Shown here: positions 8,387 through 18,843 of the stretch, piece after piece
How the letters are laid out: each line of letters begins with the position of its first letter
How positions within the stretch are numbered: position 1 is the stretch's first letter
IMG/VR virus record: IMGVR_UViG_3300028197_000782
Span: 1 to 64,000 of that record
Direction: 5' to 3' (one strand)
DNA from: a virus
Length of the DNA stretch: 64,000 bases
Notes under the pieces: model-generated
The model's database searches: none
Told to the model about the DNA's origin: nothing
The model's input: the letters and a program-made list of their open reading frames with translations, nothing else
Program-made: the position numbers and the translations under genes

Positions 8387-8834
8387 GCAGTTGGCTGACT
8401 TGAAAGCTATGGTTGACGACTTTTTAAACGCTAGCAATGCTAGGTTCAACAAGAAGTTTAGGGAGGATTGGCATAGATGTGCTAATGCTGGCAAAGATAC
8501 TATAAGCACTCTCACTAAAGACGAGCTATTCACTTGGGCTTATGAATTGTACAGTTTCTCTACACATCTACAAGATGAATTAAATATGCAGAAGATTGCT
8601 CTAAATTGGTGTAACGACAAGCTAAATAAAATGGTTGCAAAAAACCACGATCAATTCAGTAAGTATACTAAATATGAGGAACGAAGACCACTTATAATTG
8701 TAAATGATGAATACGCAGCAACAGTAGATCATTACCGTGAGATTGCAGAGTCAAGAGTTCAAGCCCTTGATGGCAAGATTTATGAATTAAAACGTAAAGC
8801 AGATATTCTAATGGAAAAGGGGAAGCGATCATGA
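8349..8834 (+). CDS. Hypothetical helical protein (UvsY-like size and position, unproven)
   Basis: 161-aa helical ORF in the replication/recombination operon. Confidence 0.55.
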   Translation: MSNGENKLKTASEQLADLKAMVDDFLNASNARFNKKFREDWHRCANAGKDTISTLTKDELFTWAYELYSFSTHLQDELNMQKIALNWCNDKLNKMVAKNHDQFSKYTKYEERRPLIIVNDEYAATVDHYREIAESRVQALDGKIYELKRKADILMEKGKRS

Positions 8835-9256
8835 GCATGGATGAGTTTATAAAAACGTTGACAGAAGAACAAAAGAAGGCTTTATTGAAAGCATTATCTG
8901 GAGGTAGTTTTGATCCAGAGGTTCCAAACAAGCCTTTTACTACACACCCTCCTTTTATAGATAGACTTCAGCACGAAGAACCAATTTCAGAAGCTGTTGA
9001 TGGAGATTTTACTATGCATAAGAAAACTGAATTAAGTAAACAAAAGAGAAGAGAGAAAGTTAAAGCATCTGATAATACTTGGACTGATACTGGAGAGCAT
9101 AGAGATGTCGAAACTCCAGATACAGCTAGAACACCTAGAAACAGACCTACTCCAAAAAAGAAAACAGTCAGATGTCATATTTGCTCTAAAGACTTTACAA
9201 TTAACGCAAGTCTTTTGTATGGAGAATACTACCGATGTGATAGGTGTACAGGCTAA
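8831..9256 (+). CDS. Hypothetical protein with C-terminal Zn finger
   Basis: CHIC...CDRC at the C-terminus. Confidence 0.65.
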   Translation: MSMDEFIKTLTEEQKKALLKALSGGSFDPEVPNKPFTTHPPFIDRLQHEEPISEAVDGDFTMHKKTELSKQKRREKVKASDNTWTDTGEHRDVETPDTARTPRNRPTPKKKTVRCHICSKDFTINASLLYGEYYRCDRCTG

Positions 9257-10731
9257 TGTCAGATAAACTCAGTGATATTGGTGCAGAACGAGCTGTGCTT
9301 GCAGGGTTGTTGCAGCACGGAGTCGATGGATATGTAGCTATTTCAGATATAGTATCTCATGAAACATTTATAAATACCAATAATCAAATTATATATAAGT
9401 GTCTTGTTAGAATTATAGAACAGGGACAGAGTATAGATATGCCATCCATTCTAGCTTCCGCTGAAGCGTTGGGTGTGTTGGACAGTATTAATACTAAACA
9501 AGAGCTTTCATATATAAAGACGTTATTTAATTTTCCAGTAAATCAAGATAATATTCTACCGTTCGCTGCTCAGATTAAGAAGTTTGAATTTGCTCGTAAG
9601 ATACAAAGACTTACAACTAAGATTCACAAAGATGTAGAGGATATAAATGGAACAGAAAGCATTGATAAAATCATTTCAATTCTTGAAAACCCTGTTACAG
9701 ATTTTTTACGAGAAGACGACGGTGGAGAACACCCAGAACAAATTGGATCAGACGTACAAGAGTATGTTGATTTCCTCGCAGAAAATAAATGCGATATTAT
9801 TGGCATACCAACTGGATTCTCAAAATATGACGAAGCCATTGGTGGTGGTCTTAGACGAAAATGCGTTGATCTTGTTTCTGCAAGACCCAAAGTTGGTAAG
9901 TCAGTATTCGCTGACAATGTGGCCCTTAATGTTTCTAGATTAGACGTACCAGTTCTAGTATTAGATACTGAGATGTCTAAAGAAGATCATCTGAATAGAT
10001 TAATTGCTAATATAAGCAGCGTCCCAATTAACGAAGTAGCAACTGGTAAATTCTCAGAGGATGCTAACAAATCGCAGAAAGTACAAGAAGCGGTCGATGA
10101 ATTATCTAAAATACCATATAGTTACGTAAGCGTTGCCGGTAAGCCATTTGAACAGATTCTTAATGTTATCAAGAGGTGGATCGTTCAAGAAGTTAAGACA
10201 GACGAATCTGGTAAAACAAATGATTGTGTAGTCATCTATGATTATCTGAAGTTAATGTCATCTGAATCTATCAACAACAATATGCAAGAATACCAAGCGT
10301 TAGGATTCCAAATTACCTCTCTTCATAATTTATGCGTTAAGCTAGACATACCATGTTTATCGTTCGTGCAATTAAATAGAGATGGAATCACCAAAGAAAG
10401 CACAGACGCTGTAAGTGGTTCTGACCGTTTGATATGGCTATGTACATCTTTTACTATCTTCAAAGCTAAATCCCCAGAAGAACTGGCAGAAGATGGGCCT
10501 AATGCTGGTAATAGGAAATTAGTCCCGATTGTGTCTAGACACGGTGGAGGGCTAGACGATGGAGATTATATCAACATGAATATGTTAGGATCTCATGCGA
10601 AATTAGTAGAACTACAAACTAGAAATGAATTTAAAAATAATCCCGTAGGCGATACTGGTCTTATTGATAGCACCAAAATAAAGAATGTAGCAGATGAATT
10701 TAAAACAAGTCAAGAAGAAACTGAACAGTGA
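9256..10731 (+). CDS. dnaB: DnaB-like replicative helicase
   Basis: N-terminal AERAVLAGLL, IPTGF, ARPKVGKS, DTEMS, IYDYLKLM, VQLNR. Confidence 0.93.
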   Translation: MSDKLSDIGAERAVLAGLLQHGVDGYVAISDIVSHETFINTNNQIIYKCLVRIIEQGQSIDMPSILASAEALGVLDSINTKQELSYIKTLFNFPVNQDNILPFAAQIKKFEFARKIQRLTTKIHKDVEDINGTESIDKIISILENPVTDFLREDDGGEHPEQIGSDVQEYVDFLAENKCDIIGIPTGFSKYDEAIGGGLRRKCVDLVSARPKVGKSVFADNVALNVSRLDVPVLVLDTEMSKEDHLNRLIANISSVPINEVATGKFSEDANKSQKVQEAVDELSKIPYSYVSVAGKPFEQILNVIKRWIVQEVKTDESGKTNDCVVIYDYLKLMSSESINNNMQEYQALGFQITSLHNLCVKLDIPCLSFVQLNRDGITKESTDAVSGSDRLIWLCTSFTIFKAKSPEELAEDGPNAGNRKLVPIVSRHGGGLDDGDYINMNMLGSHAKLVELQTRNEFKNNPVGDTGLIDSTKIKNVADEFKTSQEETEQ

Positions 10732-11716
10732 CCCAGAACTAGTATTCAAAAGATTGAATATAGAGTACGAGGTCTTTAACGGTAATATATATTGTAGATG
10801 CCCTATACATGAAGGGAGTGATAATCCTAGAGCGTTATCATTTTCTCTAGATAAAGGAATATGGAGATGTTGGACTAGAGGATGTCAAGAAGAACACAGT
10901 AATGATATATTTGGTTTTATAACCGCTACCTTATCTCAGATGCATGGAGAAGATATAACTTTTAAACAAACTTTAGCATGGGTTTGCGAGATATTAGGAA
11001 TAAAGCATGTAACCAGAGATGACACCCCCAAACAATTAGATATAGTAGAAGATGAATTCTCAGATCTAGTAAAATTTATAAACAAAAAACCACAAGACTA
11101 CCAAGATATTCCAATAGAGTGTAAGTGTAAAGCGGAGATCCCATCAGAATATTTTGTTGGAAGAAGATTTAATAAAGCAACAATGAAGTATTTTGACATA
11201 GGAGATTGCGATGAAAACGGACCAATGAAAGATAGAGCAATTATACCTATTCATAACGACACTGGAGATAGTATTGTTGGCATTATTGGCAGAGCCACTA
11301 AGCATTACAGAACACCCAAGTTTTTATTTTATCCAACAGGATTTAACAAGCGTCACTATTTTTACAATTACCACAGATCATTAAAAAGAGCCAAGGAAAC
11401 TTCGTGCATGTTTATTACAGAAGGTCAAGGAGATGTCTGGAAACTATACGAGTCAGGAGTAAAAAATGCGGTGAGCGTCTTTGGCAAAACAATATCAGAT
11501 GAACAGATAAGTAAACTACTAAAAACTCCCGTAACTAAGATAGTTGTGCTTATGGACAGCGATCAAGCAGGAAGGGAAGCACGATTGGAAATATACAGAA
11601 AACTCAATAGAATTTACAAGTTAATTTTTCCTAAAGTATCAGGTAAGGACATTGGAGATATGACTAAAAAGCAAGTACAAGAAAACATACTAAGCTCTCT
11701 GGAGGGATTATACTAA
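10694..11716 (+). CDS. dnaG: DnaG-type DNA primase
   Basis: CHC2 Zn finger (CPIH...CWTRGC), IIPI...GIIGR, TOPRIM EGQGD and MDSDQAG. Confidence 0.92.
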   Translation: MNLKQVKKKLNSDPELVFKRLNIEYEVFNGNIYCRCPIHEGSDNPRALSFSLDKGIWRCWTRGCQEEHSNDIFGFITATLSQMHGEDITFKQTLAWVCEILGIKHVTRDDTPKQLDIVEDEFSDLVKFINKKPQDYQDIPIECKCKAEIPSEYFVGRRFNKATMKYFDIGDCDENGPMKDRAIIPIHNDTGDSIVGIIGRATKHYRTPKFLFYPTGFNKRHYFYNYHRSLKRAKETSCMFITEGQGDVWKLYESGVKNAVSVFGKTISDEQISKLLKTPVTKIVVLMDSDQAGREARLEIYRKLNRIYKLIFPKVSGKDIGDMTKKQVQENILSSLEGLY

Positions 11717-12459
11717 TGAAGATTATTGGAATATCAGGAAAGAAACAATCTGGTAAAAATACTTTTGCAAATTATGTCAACGGATCAATACTACAGAAGT
11801 ACGGACTAGTAGATGATTTTTCTATTAATAAAGAAGGCCAACTACAAGTTAAAACAGAGGACGCTCATGGTAAAAAAGATTGGGGAATCCTAGACATAAC
11901 TAGAAAAGATGACGAGTTTTGCTCATATGCAAAAGATAATATTTGGCCTTTCGTGAAGGTCTATCATTTTGCAGATTACCTTAAAAAGATCTCTATAGAC
12001 TTGTTTGATCTCACGCCGCAACAGGTCTATGGATCGGACGCAGACAAAAATACTCTAACTCCATACAGTCAGCACGGATGGAGGAAGCACAAGACAACGA
12101 CACTACCTCCCATGAGTGCTAGAGAATTTTTGCAATATCTAGGAACTGACGTTATGAGAGAAATTAAAGACACCATTTGGGTTGATTATACTATTAAGCT
12201 AATACAACAAGAACAGCCAGCATTAGCATTGATTCCAGATGTGAGATTTCCTAATGAAGTTAATGCAATACATAAAGCTGGAGGATATGTACTTAGGTTA
12301 GACAGGGAAGTTTATTCAAGCACACATCATTGCGAGACAGCGCTAGATAATGATAATTTCTGCTGGGAAGATTTTGATGATGTACTTCGCAATCATAAGC
12401 TTTCTGTAAAAGAATTCTGTAATAAAATCGAAGAACTCAACAAAGTCTGGAGCGTATAA
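11716..12459 (+). CDS. Deoxynucleoside monophosphate kinase
   Basis: IIGISGKKQSGKNT, FADYLK, REFLQYLGTDVMR, IPDVRFPNE. Confidence 0.9.
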   Translation: MKIIGISGKKQSGKNTFANYVNGSILQKYGLVDDFSINKEGQLQVKTEDAHGKKDWGILDITRKDDEFCSYAKDNIWPFVKVYHFADYLKKISIDLFDLTPQQVYGSDADKNTLTPYSQHGWRKHKTTTLPPMSAREFLQYLGTDVMREIKDTIWVDYTIKLIQQEQPALALIPDVRFPNEVNAIHKAGGYVLRLDREVYSSTHHCETALDNDNFCWEDFDDVLRNHKLSVKEFCNKIEELNKVWSV

Positions 12460-13484
12460 TGCTTGTTACATATATTAGATCATCTAGTTATAACAATTGG
12501 CGGTATTGTGAGATGCAATACTTTATTACTTACGTCTTGGGTTATCAAAGCCTTAGTGGGAAAAAAGCAGTGCAAGGAACAATAGTCCACAAAGTATTAG
12601 AAGTACTAGCTAGCTTAAAAAAATACGAACAAGATAAGCCAAAAGTAAAGTTCTTAAAAGTAGATGATGATGCTATAGGTAAATTCAAATGTAAAAAAAC
12701 AGAATTTTCATCTGAAGACCTAATAAATGACTTGCTAGACAAGAGTTTTGAGTCATATTCTACACAAGAAGATCACCACGATTGGTACGGTAAAGATAGA
12801 GAAGAATGCAGGAAATGGACTTGGCAAGCCTTGCACTGGAATGAGGGACAATTCGACCCACGCAATAGAAACATTGTAGCACCAGAGCCACATTTTGACA
12901 TACCCATTGAGGAAGATTGGGCTAAGTTTAAGTATACCTTGCCAGATGGTAAAGAAATAGAAGGACAACTAGCCATTAAGGGAACAATTGACCTTGTAAC
13001 TCAGACAGATGATGATACAATAGAGGTTGTAGATTGGAAAACAGGAAAAAGAATTGATTGGGCTACTGGAGAAGAGAAGACATACGAAAAACTATGCTCT
13101 GATCCACAGTTATTACTGTATTATTATGCTATATCTAAGTTGTTTTCAAATTATAAGCAAGCTATAATGACTATATTTTACATCAAAGATGGCGGTCCAT
13201 TTTCTATGTGTTTTGATAAGAGTGACCACGATAGGTTCTTAGGAATGCTCAAGGATCGCTTTCAAGAAATACAACAAAATGTGACCCCAAAGCCCGTTTC
13301 TGCCTCTAGAAAAGACTTCAGATGCACTAAATTGTGCCATTATTACAAGAACAATTGGCCCGGAACCAACCAAAATATGTGTATGTATATAGAGAAGCAC
13401 TTAAAAACTAATGGAATAGAAAAAACTGTTCAAGACTGCACCAGAGAAGGTTTTGACATAGGATTTTACGAGGCTCCCGGTTAA
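12459..13484 (+). CDS. PD-(D/E)XK (RecB/Cas4-like) exonuclease
   Basis: CEMQY, GTIVHKVLE, GTIDLV, VVDWKTG, QLLLYYYA, C-terminal cysteines. Confidence 0.85.
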   Translation: MLVTYIRSSSYNNWRYCEMQYFITYVLGYQSLSGKKAVQGTIVHKVLEVLASLKKYEQDKPKVKFLKVDDDAIGKFKCKKTEFSSEDLINDLLDKSFESYSTQEDHHDWYGKDREECRKWTWQALHWNEGQFDPRNRNIVAPEPHFDIPIEEDWAKFKYTLPDGKEIEGQLAIKGTIDLVTQTDDDTIEVVDWKTGKRIDWATGEEKTYEKLCSDPQLLLYYYAISKLFSNYKQAIMTIFYIKDGGPFSMCFDKSDHDRFLGMLKDRFQEIQQNVTPKPVSASRKDFRCTKLCHYYKNNWPGTNQNMCMYIEKHLKTNGIEKTVQDCTREGFDIGFYEAPG

Positions 13485-13485
13485 C

Positions 13486-14346
13486 ATGAGAAAGATTTTA
13501 ACCATAGGAATGGCGACGTATGATGACTATGATGGTGTATTTTTCACCATACAGTCACTTAGAATGAATCATGACATATGTAACACTGATGCTGTTGAGT
13601 TTGTTGTGATAGACACCAATCCGCAGGGAGGGCATGGTAAAGAAGTAAACAAATTTATTACTACAGCTTTGGGACATAAGGGTCGATACATACCAAAGGA
13701 AACAGGACAAATAAGTTCCTTTAATAAGTACGATATAGCAGACTACGCAGAGGGTAAGTATGTATTAATTATAGACTGCCATGTATTAATACAACAAAAT
13801 GGAATAGACGCACTATTAGATTATTACTTAGAGAATAAAAACTGTAAAGACTTAGTACAAGGCCCATTATTATATGATGATTTATACAATGTCTCAACTC
13901 ATTTCGATCCAGTGTGGCGAGGCGATATGTATGGGATATGGGCTACAGACAGAACAGCATACGAACAAGGAGAACCTTTCGAGATACCTATGAATGGTAT
14001 GGGCTTATGCTCTTTTGAGAAGAGGAATTGGCCCGGAATATCAAAACACTTTAAAGGATTTGGAGCAGAAGAAGGATATATCGCAGAAAAATTTAAAGTA
14101 AATGGAGGAAGGAATATATCTTTGCCAGCACTGGGCTGGAATCATAGATTTGGAAGACCAAACGGGGTTAAATATCCACTAATACTAGAAGATAGAATAT
14201 GGAATTATTTTGTAGGCTGGCTAGAGATACATAAAGATCCAAACCACCCTGTTATAAAAGGGTGTTATGATAACTTTAAAACTAGAATACCACAAGACAG
14301 CTTAGACTATATTTTAAATCAGGCAATTAAAACCACACTTAATTAG
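13486..14346 (+). CDS. Glycosyltransferase family 2
   Basis: LTIGMATYDD, FVVID, YVLIIDCH, GFGAEEGY. Confidence 0.8.
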   Translation: MRKILTIGMATYDDYDGVFFTIQSLRMNHDICNTDAVEFVVIDTNPQGGHGKEVNKFITTALGHKGRYIPKETGQISSFNKYDIADYAEGKYVLIIDCHVLIQQNGIDALLDYYLENKNCKDLVQGPLLYDDLYNVSTHFDPVWRGDMYGIWATDRTAYEQGEPFEIPMNGMGLCSFEKRNWPGISKHFKGFGAEEGYIAEKFKVNGGRNISLPALGWNHRFGRPNGVKYPLILEDRIWNYFVGWLEIHKDPNHPVIKGCYDNFKTRIPQDSLDYILNQAIKTTLN

Positions 14347-14356
14347 GAGAAGATGA

Positions 14357-14959
14357 ATGTCAGACATAAATGAAGTTGATATTAATTATACTACTGAAAC
14401 TTATGGCTTTACAGAAGAACTGACTGAAGAAAACTTCTACGTTCCAGCAGAAGCAGAATATGAAGATTTTGGAGAGGAAGTAGAAGAACATGATGCTGCA
14501 TCTCTGTGGGAAAATATTCGTAAGAAGAAGGAACGAGAAGGCAAAGATTACAAGCCTGCCAAAAAGGGTGATAAAGATAGGCCAGATCCAGATGCTTGGA
14601 AAAAAGCTCAAAATGGATTTAAATATGAAAATCCAAAAACAGGAGAAGAATTTACATATAAAAGGAGGGGAGCCTATAAAAAAGACAACACAACCCTTAT
14701 TTATAAAGGCAAGGCAGCAGAATATCAAGGTAGAAAAGTTAAACTTGGCAAACCCTTCCTAACACCTAAAGGTCCAAAAAAGAGAAGTGTATACGTCAAG
14801 AATGACAAGGGTAATGTAGTCAAAGTAAATTTTGGCGATCCTAACATGTCTATCAAAAAAGACAATCCAGCAAGAAGAAAATCTTTTAGAGCTAGACACA
14901 ATTGTGCCAACCCCGGTCCCAAATGGAAAGCTAGATACTGGTCATGCAAAGCTTGGTAA
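14357..14959 (+). CDS. Conserved phage protein with acidic N-terminus and basic C-terminal VNFGD...RRKSFRARHNC...YWSCKAW domain
   Basis: The C-terminal motif is recurrent in aquatic phage proteins; AGGAG RBS. Confidence 0.7.
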   Translation: MSDINEVDINYTTETYGFTEELTEENFYVPAEAEYEDFGEEVEEHDAASLWENIRKKKEREGKDYKPAKKGDKDRPDPDAWKKAQNGFKYENPKTGEEFTYKRRGAYKKDNTTLIYKGKAAEYQGRKVKLGKPFLTPKGPKKRSVYVKNDKGNVVKVNFGDPNMSIKKDNPARRKSFRARHNCANPGPKWKARYWSCKAW

Positions 14960-15171
14960 AAAAATGGAAAGATCATCTAGGCCACAACAATATGACTTAC
15001 TGGCAACATTTAAAGTTTGCCGTAGGTCATGGGGTATGTTGTATCAAAGCTGGTGTATATTTATGTATACATGGTTTACTTCCATGTTTTAGACGCAGAG
15101 CTGGAGAAAGATTAGTTCATAGATTAGACAAAGATTTCACAGAGCATAAGAAAAATGTCACTAATAAATAA
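14944..15171 (+). CDS. Small protein, DUF6356-like
   Basis: HL...MTYWQHLKFA...IHGLLP pattern. Confidence 0.55.
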   Translation: MQSLVKKWKDHLGHNNMTYWQHLKFAVGHGVCCIKAGVYLCIHGLLPCFRRRAGERLVHRLDKDFTEHKKNVTNK

Positions 15172-15841
15172 AGTAGAAGCGATAATAAATAATCATAAGC
15201 CGATTGACGAAGTTACTTTTTTACCAAATAAAGTCAACTACGATGATGGTATATCTATATTAGATATTGAACTAACTGAGATCTTGCCACCGCCTCCTAA
15301 AAATAGTAGTATCACAACTAAAAAAGAACTTGAAGAAATAGCTAGACATACAAAATCTAGATCTGAGTCAGAGATTGATTTGATAAGAGTAGTAGATAGA
15401 AATCCAATTGAATTGTTTTCAGAATACTTAATGAAAGAGAAATTAAAGTTTCCTTTCGACAAGTTTGTAAAATATTTAAATATAACTGAGCAATATCAAT
15501 ATGCTCTTAAATATTATCATAACAGAGCTAGGCCAGAACAGCTTGCTCCTTATTATAATCTAGAGATTAATGTATTGATAACTGATACCCATCACACTCC
15601 TGCCTACCCTAGTGGACACACGATGTATGCTGAGTTAGCTGCGCATGTTTTATCAGATATGTACCCAGAACATAAAAAAACTTTTTTTAGGTTGTCAAAG
15701 TACTGCGGATTGGCTAGAATACTACAGGGAGTTCATTACGAATCAGATAACAAAGCTTCAGAACTTGCGATACAGAAACTTTACCCACTGATAAAGGAAT
15801 ACTATAATGAGCGAGACAGTAAAGAGTTTGCCGTTGACTGA
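15155..15841 (+). CDS. PAP2/haloperoxidase-superfamily phosphatase
   Basis: All three PAP2 motifs: KYYHNRARP, PAYPSGH, ARILQGVHYESD. Confidence 0.88.
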   Translation: MSLINKVEAIINNHKPIDEVTFLPNKVNYDDGISILDIELTEILPPPPKNSSITTKKELEEIARHTKSRSESEIDLIRVVDRNPIELFSEYLMKEKLKFPFDKFVKYLNITEQYQYALKYYHNRARPEQLAPYYNLEINVLITDTHHTPAYPSGHTMYAELAAHVLSDMYPEHKKTFFRLSKYCGLARILQGVHYESDNKASELAIQKLYPLIKEYYNERDSKEFAVD

Positions 15842-15896
15842 TGCGCCAAGGCCACAAGAACCTGTGAGAAGGCCAATGCCACCACTAAAACCTTAA
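15807..15896 (+). CDS. Putative 29-aa proline-rich peptide (MSETVKSLPLTDAPRPQEPVRRPMPPLKP)
   Basis: AAAGGA RBS upstream of the ATG at 15807; fills the gap before RNA copy 4. Confidence 0.5.
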   Translation: MSETVKSLPLTDAPRPQEPVRRPMPPLKP

Positions 15897-15904
15897 ATAT
15901 AACT

Positions 15905-15964
15905 TCTACCAGAAAAGCCAAGTTAAGAGATTCTTGTGCGAGGTAGATGGATGCCCAAAATCTC
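15905..15964 (+). ncRNA. Repeated pseudoknotted RNA element, copy 4
   Basis: P1 UCUACC/GGUAGA; P2 GCCAAG/CUUG(U)GC; loop GAGAUU pairs with AAUCUC; linker UGGAUGCCCAA. Confidence 0.8.
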
Positions 15965-16001
15965 AAATACACATTGAATAAAAATTGAATTAAGGACTAT
16001 T

Positions 16002-17564
16002 ATGAATTGGTTTCCGTTGAAGAATTTTACACACTATAGCCTACTCAAAGGTTTTTCTAAACCAACTGAATTAGCTAAACTGTGTGCTGATAAAGAATAT
16101 CCAGCATGTGGCATCGCAGATTACAAGTCCATATCTGGATGTGTCGCCTTTTTCCAAGCTTGCAAAAAGGTTGGTGTCAAGCCCATACTTGGATGTTCAT
16201 TTGATAACACAATAGTGTTTTCCAAAAACAAAGACGGCTGGAATGATCTAATATCTATGGTATCTTTAACAGACGAAGATGGCAATATATCAAAGGACAT
16301 AGCTAAAAGTATTATTACTAAGAATAATTTAATAGCATTAGTAAAGTCAAAGGATAGTATTAACGCTTCTTACTATACAAAACAAAGTCAGGCTACGCTA
16401 CATAGAATATTGTTATGTTCTGAGCTAAAAACTACACTGCCTAAGATACAAAATAAAATTAGGAAAAAAGAATTACAAGCAGACGTATCAGAATATTTTA
16501 CTAAAGATGATAAATATATTATTGAGGATAAATGCACGAAGGCGTTAGAGGATATATACAATCAATGTGAAGATTACGACATTCTCAACAAGCCTATGTT
16601 GCCCAAGTTTGAATGTCCTGATGGATTATCTGAAGAAAACTACCTCAAAAAACTTGCACGAAAAGGATGGAGAGAGCTTTTAATCGCAACTGGCAAAGTT
16701 GACAATGAACTAGAGAAACAAAAATATCTAGATAGGTTTAATAAAGAATTACAGGTTATTAAGGATGCTAACTTGTTTGGATATTTTTTAATTGTACAAG
16801 ACATTATTAGATATGTTAATGATTCAGGATGGATGAGTGGGCCGGGAAGAGGGTCAGCAGCAGGGTGTTTGATCTCATATTTAATTGGTATTACGCAAAT
16901 TGATCCAGTGCAACACGACTTACTATTTGAAAGATTCTATAATGCGGGACGAAACACAGATGGTCACGTATCACTTCCCGATATTGACATGGACGTTCCG
17001 GGTAAGAAAAGAGATGACGTTATTGATTATTTAAAAAACACATATGGCAAAGAACATGTGAGTCAGATGATTACGTTTGGAAGACTACGAGGACGCAGCG
17101 CAATAAAAGAAGTTCTTCGTGTAAATGATGCTTGTTCTTTTAGTGAAATGAATGCTATAACTAAGAGTGTTCCTAACGAAGCAGATATATCCGATCAACT
17201 TGCAGAAATGGACGATGAAGACAGATCAATTATAAGGTGGTCTTTGCTAAACCGTGCCGATGAGCTGCGAGACTTCTGTCACATTACAGAGGCTGGTAAG
17301 TTAGAAGGTGACTATGCAGAATATTTTCAACAGGCAATAGAGATAGAAGGAACATTTAAAACACAAGGCAAACATGCTGCCGGTGTGGTGATTTCAAAAG
17401 AACCTTTACAAAACGTTTGTCCTATGGTAAAACAGAAGGGGTCCACGGAAAAAATAGCAGGATTAGAAATGGCAGATCTAGAAGCACTAGGTCACGTAAA
17501 ATTTGATGTTCTAGGAATTAATCTACTAGACAAGCTGATGAAAATTAAGGAACTAACACAGTGA
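16002..17564 (+). CDS. dnaE: DNA polymerase III alpha, N-terminal half (degenerate PHP + palm)
   Basis: THYSLLKG, GYFLIVQD, GPGRGSAAG, LLFERF, catalytic PDIDMD, GKHAAGVVI, VKFDVLG, then a stop shortly after. Confidence 0.93.
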   Translation: MNWFPLKNFTHYSLLKGFSKPTELAKLCADKEYPACGIADYKSISGCVAFFQACKKVGVKPILGCSFDNTIVFSKNKDGWNDLISMVSLTDEDGNISKDIAKSIITKNNLIALVKSKDSINASYYTKQSQATLHRILLCSELKTTLPKIQNKIRKKELQADVSEYFTKDDKYIIEDKCTKALEDIYNQCEDYDILNKPMLPKFECPDGLSEENYLKKLARKGWRELLIATGKVDNELEKQKYLDRFNKELQVIKDANLFGYFLIVQDIIRYVNDSGWMSGPGRGSAAGCLISYLIGITQIDPVQHDLLFERFYNAGRNTDGHVSLPDIDMDVPGKKRDDVIDYLKNTYGKEHVSQMITFGRLRGRSAIKEVLRVNDACSFSEMNAITKSVPNEADISDQLAEMDDEDRSIIRWSLLNRADELRDFCHITEAGKLEGDYAEYFQQAIEIEGTFKTQGKHAAGVVISKEPLQNVCPMVKQKGSTEKIAGLEMADLEALGHVKFDVLGINLLDKLMKIKELTQ

Positions 17565-18160
17565 ATATATTGCAAATAGGTTGTAACAATTGTGATGACC
17601 ATGTAGCTAAGTATGTTAGCAGTAATGTAGATAAAATTGACCACCTAATACTTATAGATATTGACAAATCCTTTGTGACATACGCAAACAGAATATATAA
17701 GAATGTAAAACAATTAACTACTATTGTAACCGCTATTACTTCAGATTCCACCCAAAAAGAAATAACTCTTTATCATTTGAAACATCACATGTTTAGTGGG
17801 CATACATCTTTCAGCTACGATCACATGAGAGTGCATGGTCACAGTCCAGACAACATAGTAAAGGTTGTGCATCCTGCAAGGACAATAACGTCTATACTAG
17901 AAGAATATAATATAACAAATCTTGAAAGATTATACATAGATACTGAAGGACTTGATGTTGACATTCTTATGACTATCGACTATAATAAATACAACGTGTC
18001 TCACATAACTTTTGAACACATCCACTGTGACGGTGCTTGGAAAGGTAATAGCACGAATCCTAAATTAGTACAATTTTTAAATTACATGAATATGAATGGC
18101 TATACTAATAGACCATCAGCTACTGACTCGTTAAACACTGATCTTATCAAAAGGACATAA
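17561..18160 (+). CDS. FkbM-family SAM-dependent methyltransferase-like protein
   Basis: ILQIGCNN and LYIDTEGLDVDIL...ITFEH motifs. Confidence 0.75.
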   Translation: MNILQIGCNNCDDHVAKYVSSNVDKIDHLILIDIDKSFVTYANRIYKNVKQLTTIVTAITSDSTQKEITLYHLKHHMFSGHTSFSYDHMRVHGHSPDNIVKVVHPARTITSILEEYNITNLERLYIDTEGLDVDILMTIDYNKYNVSHITFEHIHCDGAWKGNSTNPKLVQFLNYMNMNGYTNRPSATDSLNTDLIKRT

Positions 18161-18162
18161 AT

Positions 18163-18843
18163 ATGGCAAATAGAGACTATATCGTATTCGACTTTGAAAC
18201 AGGAAGTCGTAACCCAATCAAAACACAGCCTACGCAGATTGCTGCTATCGCCCTAGACGGTAGAAATCTAGCCGTGAAGGGTACATTTAATAGTGAAATC
18301 AAAGCTATACTAGATGATGATAAGGCTATCGCGGCAGGATTAGATCCAATCGAAGATGGAGCTTTAAAAGTTACTGGCAAAACAAGATCAGGAATTGGAA
18401 AAGCCCCAGCACTAAAGTCAGTTTGGAATAAGTTTACTAAGTTTGTAGATCAATACAATTGGAAAGGCGAGCCATTTTTTGCTCCTATTCCAGTAGGATA
18501 TAATATCATTGGTTTTGATATGATTATTATTAATAGACTATGCGAACAGTTTGGTCAGTGGGACAAAACTAGACAGCAGCAAAAACTATTTAGTAAAGTA
18601 TATAAGGTTGACCTTATGGACAATATGTTCATGTGGACTGAGGGAGATCCTAGCATTAGATCAATTAGCATGGATACTCTGCGCGAGAGAATGGGCCTAT
18701 CAACAGAAAATGCGCATGACGCACTACAGGACGTAAAGGATACGTCTAATATATTTATAAAGCTCTTAAAGACTCATAGATCAGTTTATCAAAACATTGA
18801 ATTAGATAAAGCATTTGCAAATGGAAACCTCTACGTTAAGTAA
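18163..18843 (+). CDS. DEDDh 3'-5' exonuclease (Pol III epsilon-like)
   Basis: ExoI VFDFETG, ExoII GYNIIGFD, ExoIII HDALQD. Confidence 0.9.
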   Translation: MANRDYIVFDFETGSRNPIKTQPTQIAAIALDGRNLAVKGTFNSEIKAILDDDKAIAAGLDPIEDGALKVTGKTRSGIGKAPALKSVWNKFTKFVDQYNWKGEPFFAPIPVGYNIIGFDMIIINRLCEQFGQWDKTRQQQKLFSKVYKVDLMDNMFMWTEGDPSIRSISMDTLRERMGLSTENAHDALQDVKDTSNIFIKLLKTHRSVYQNIELDKAFANGNLYVK

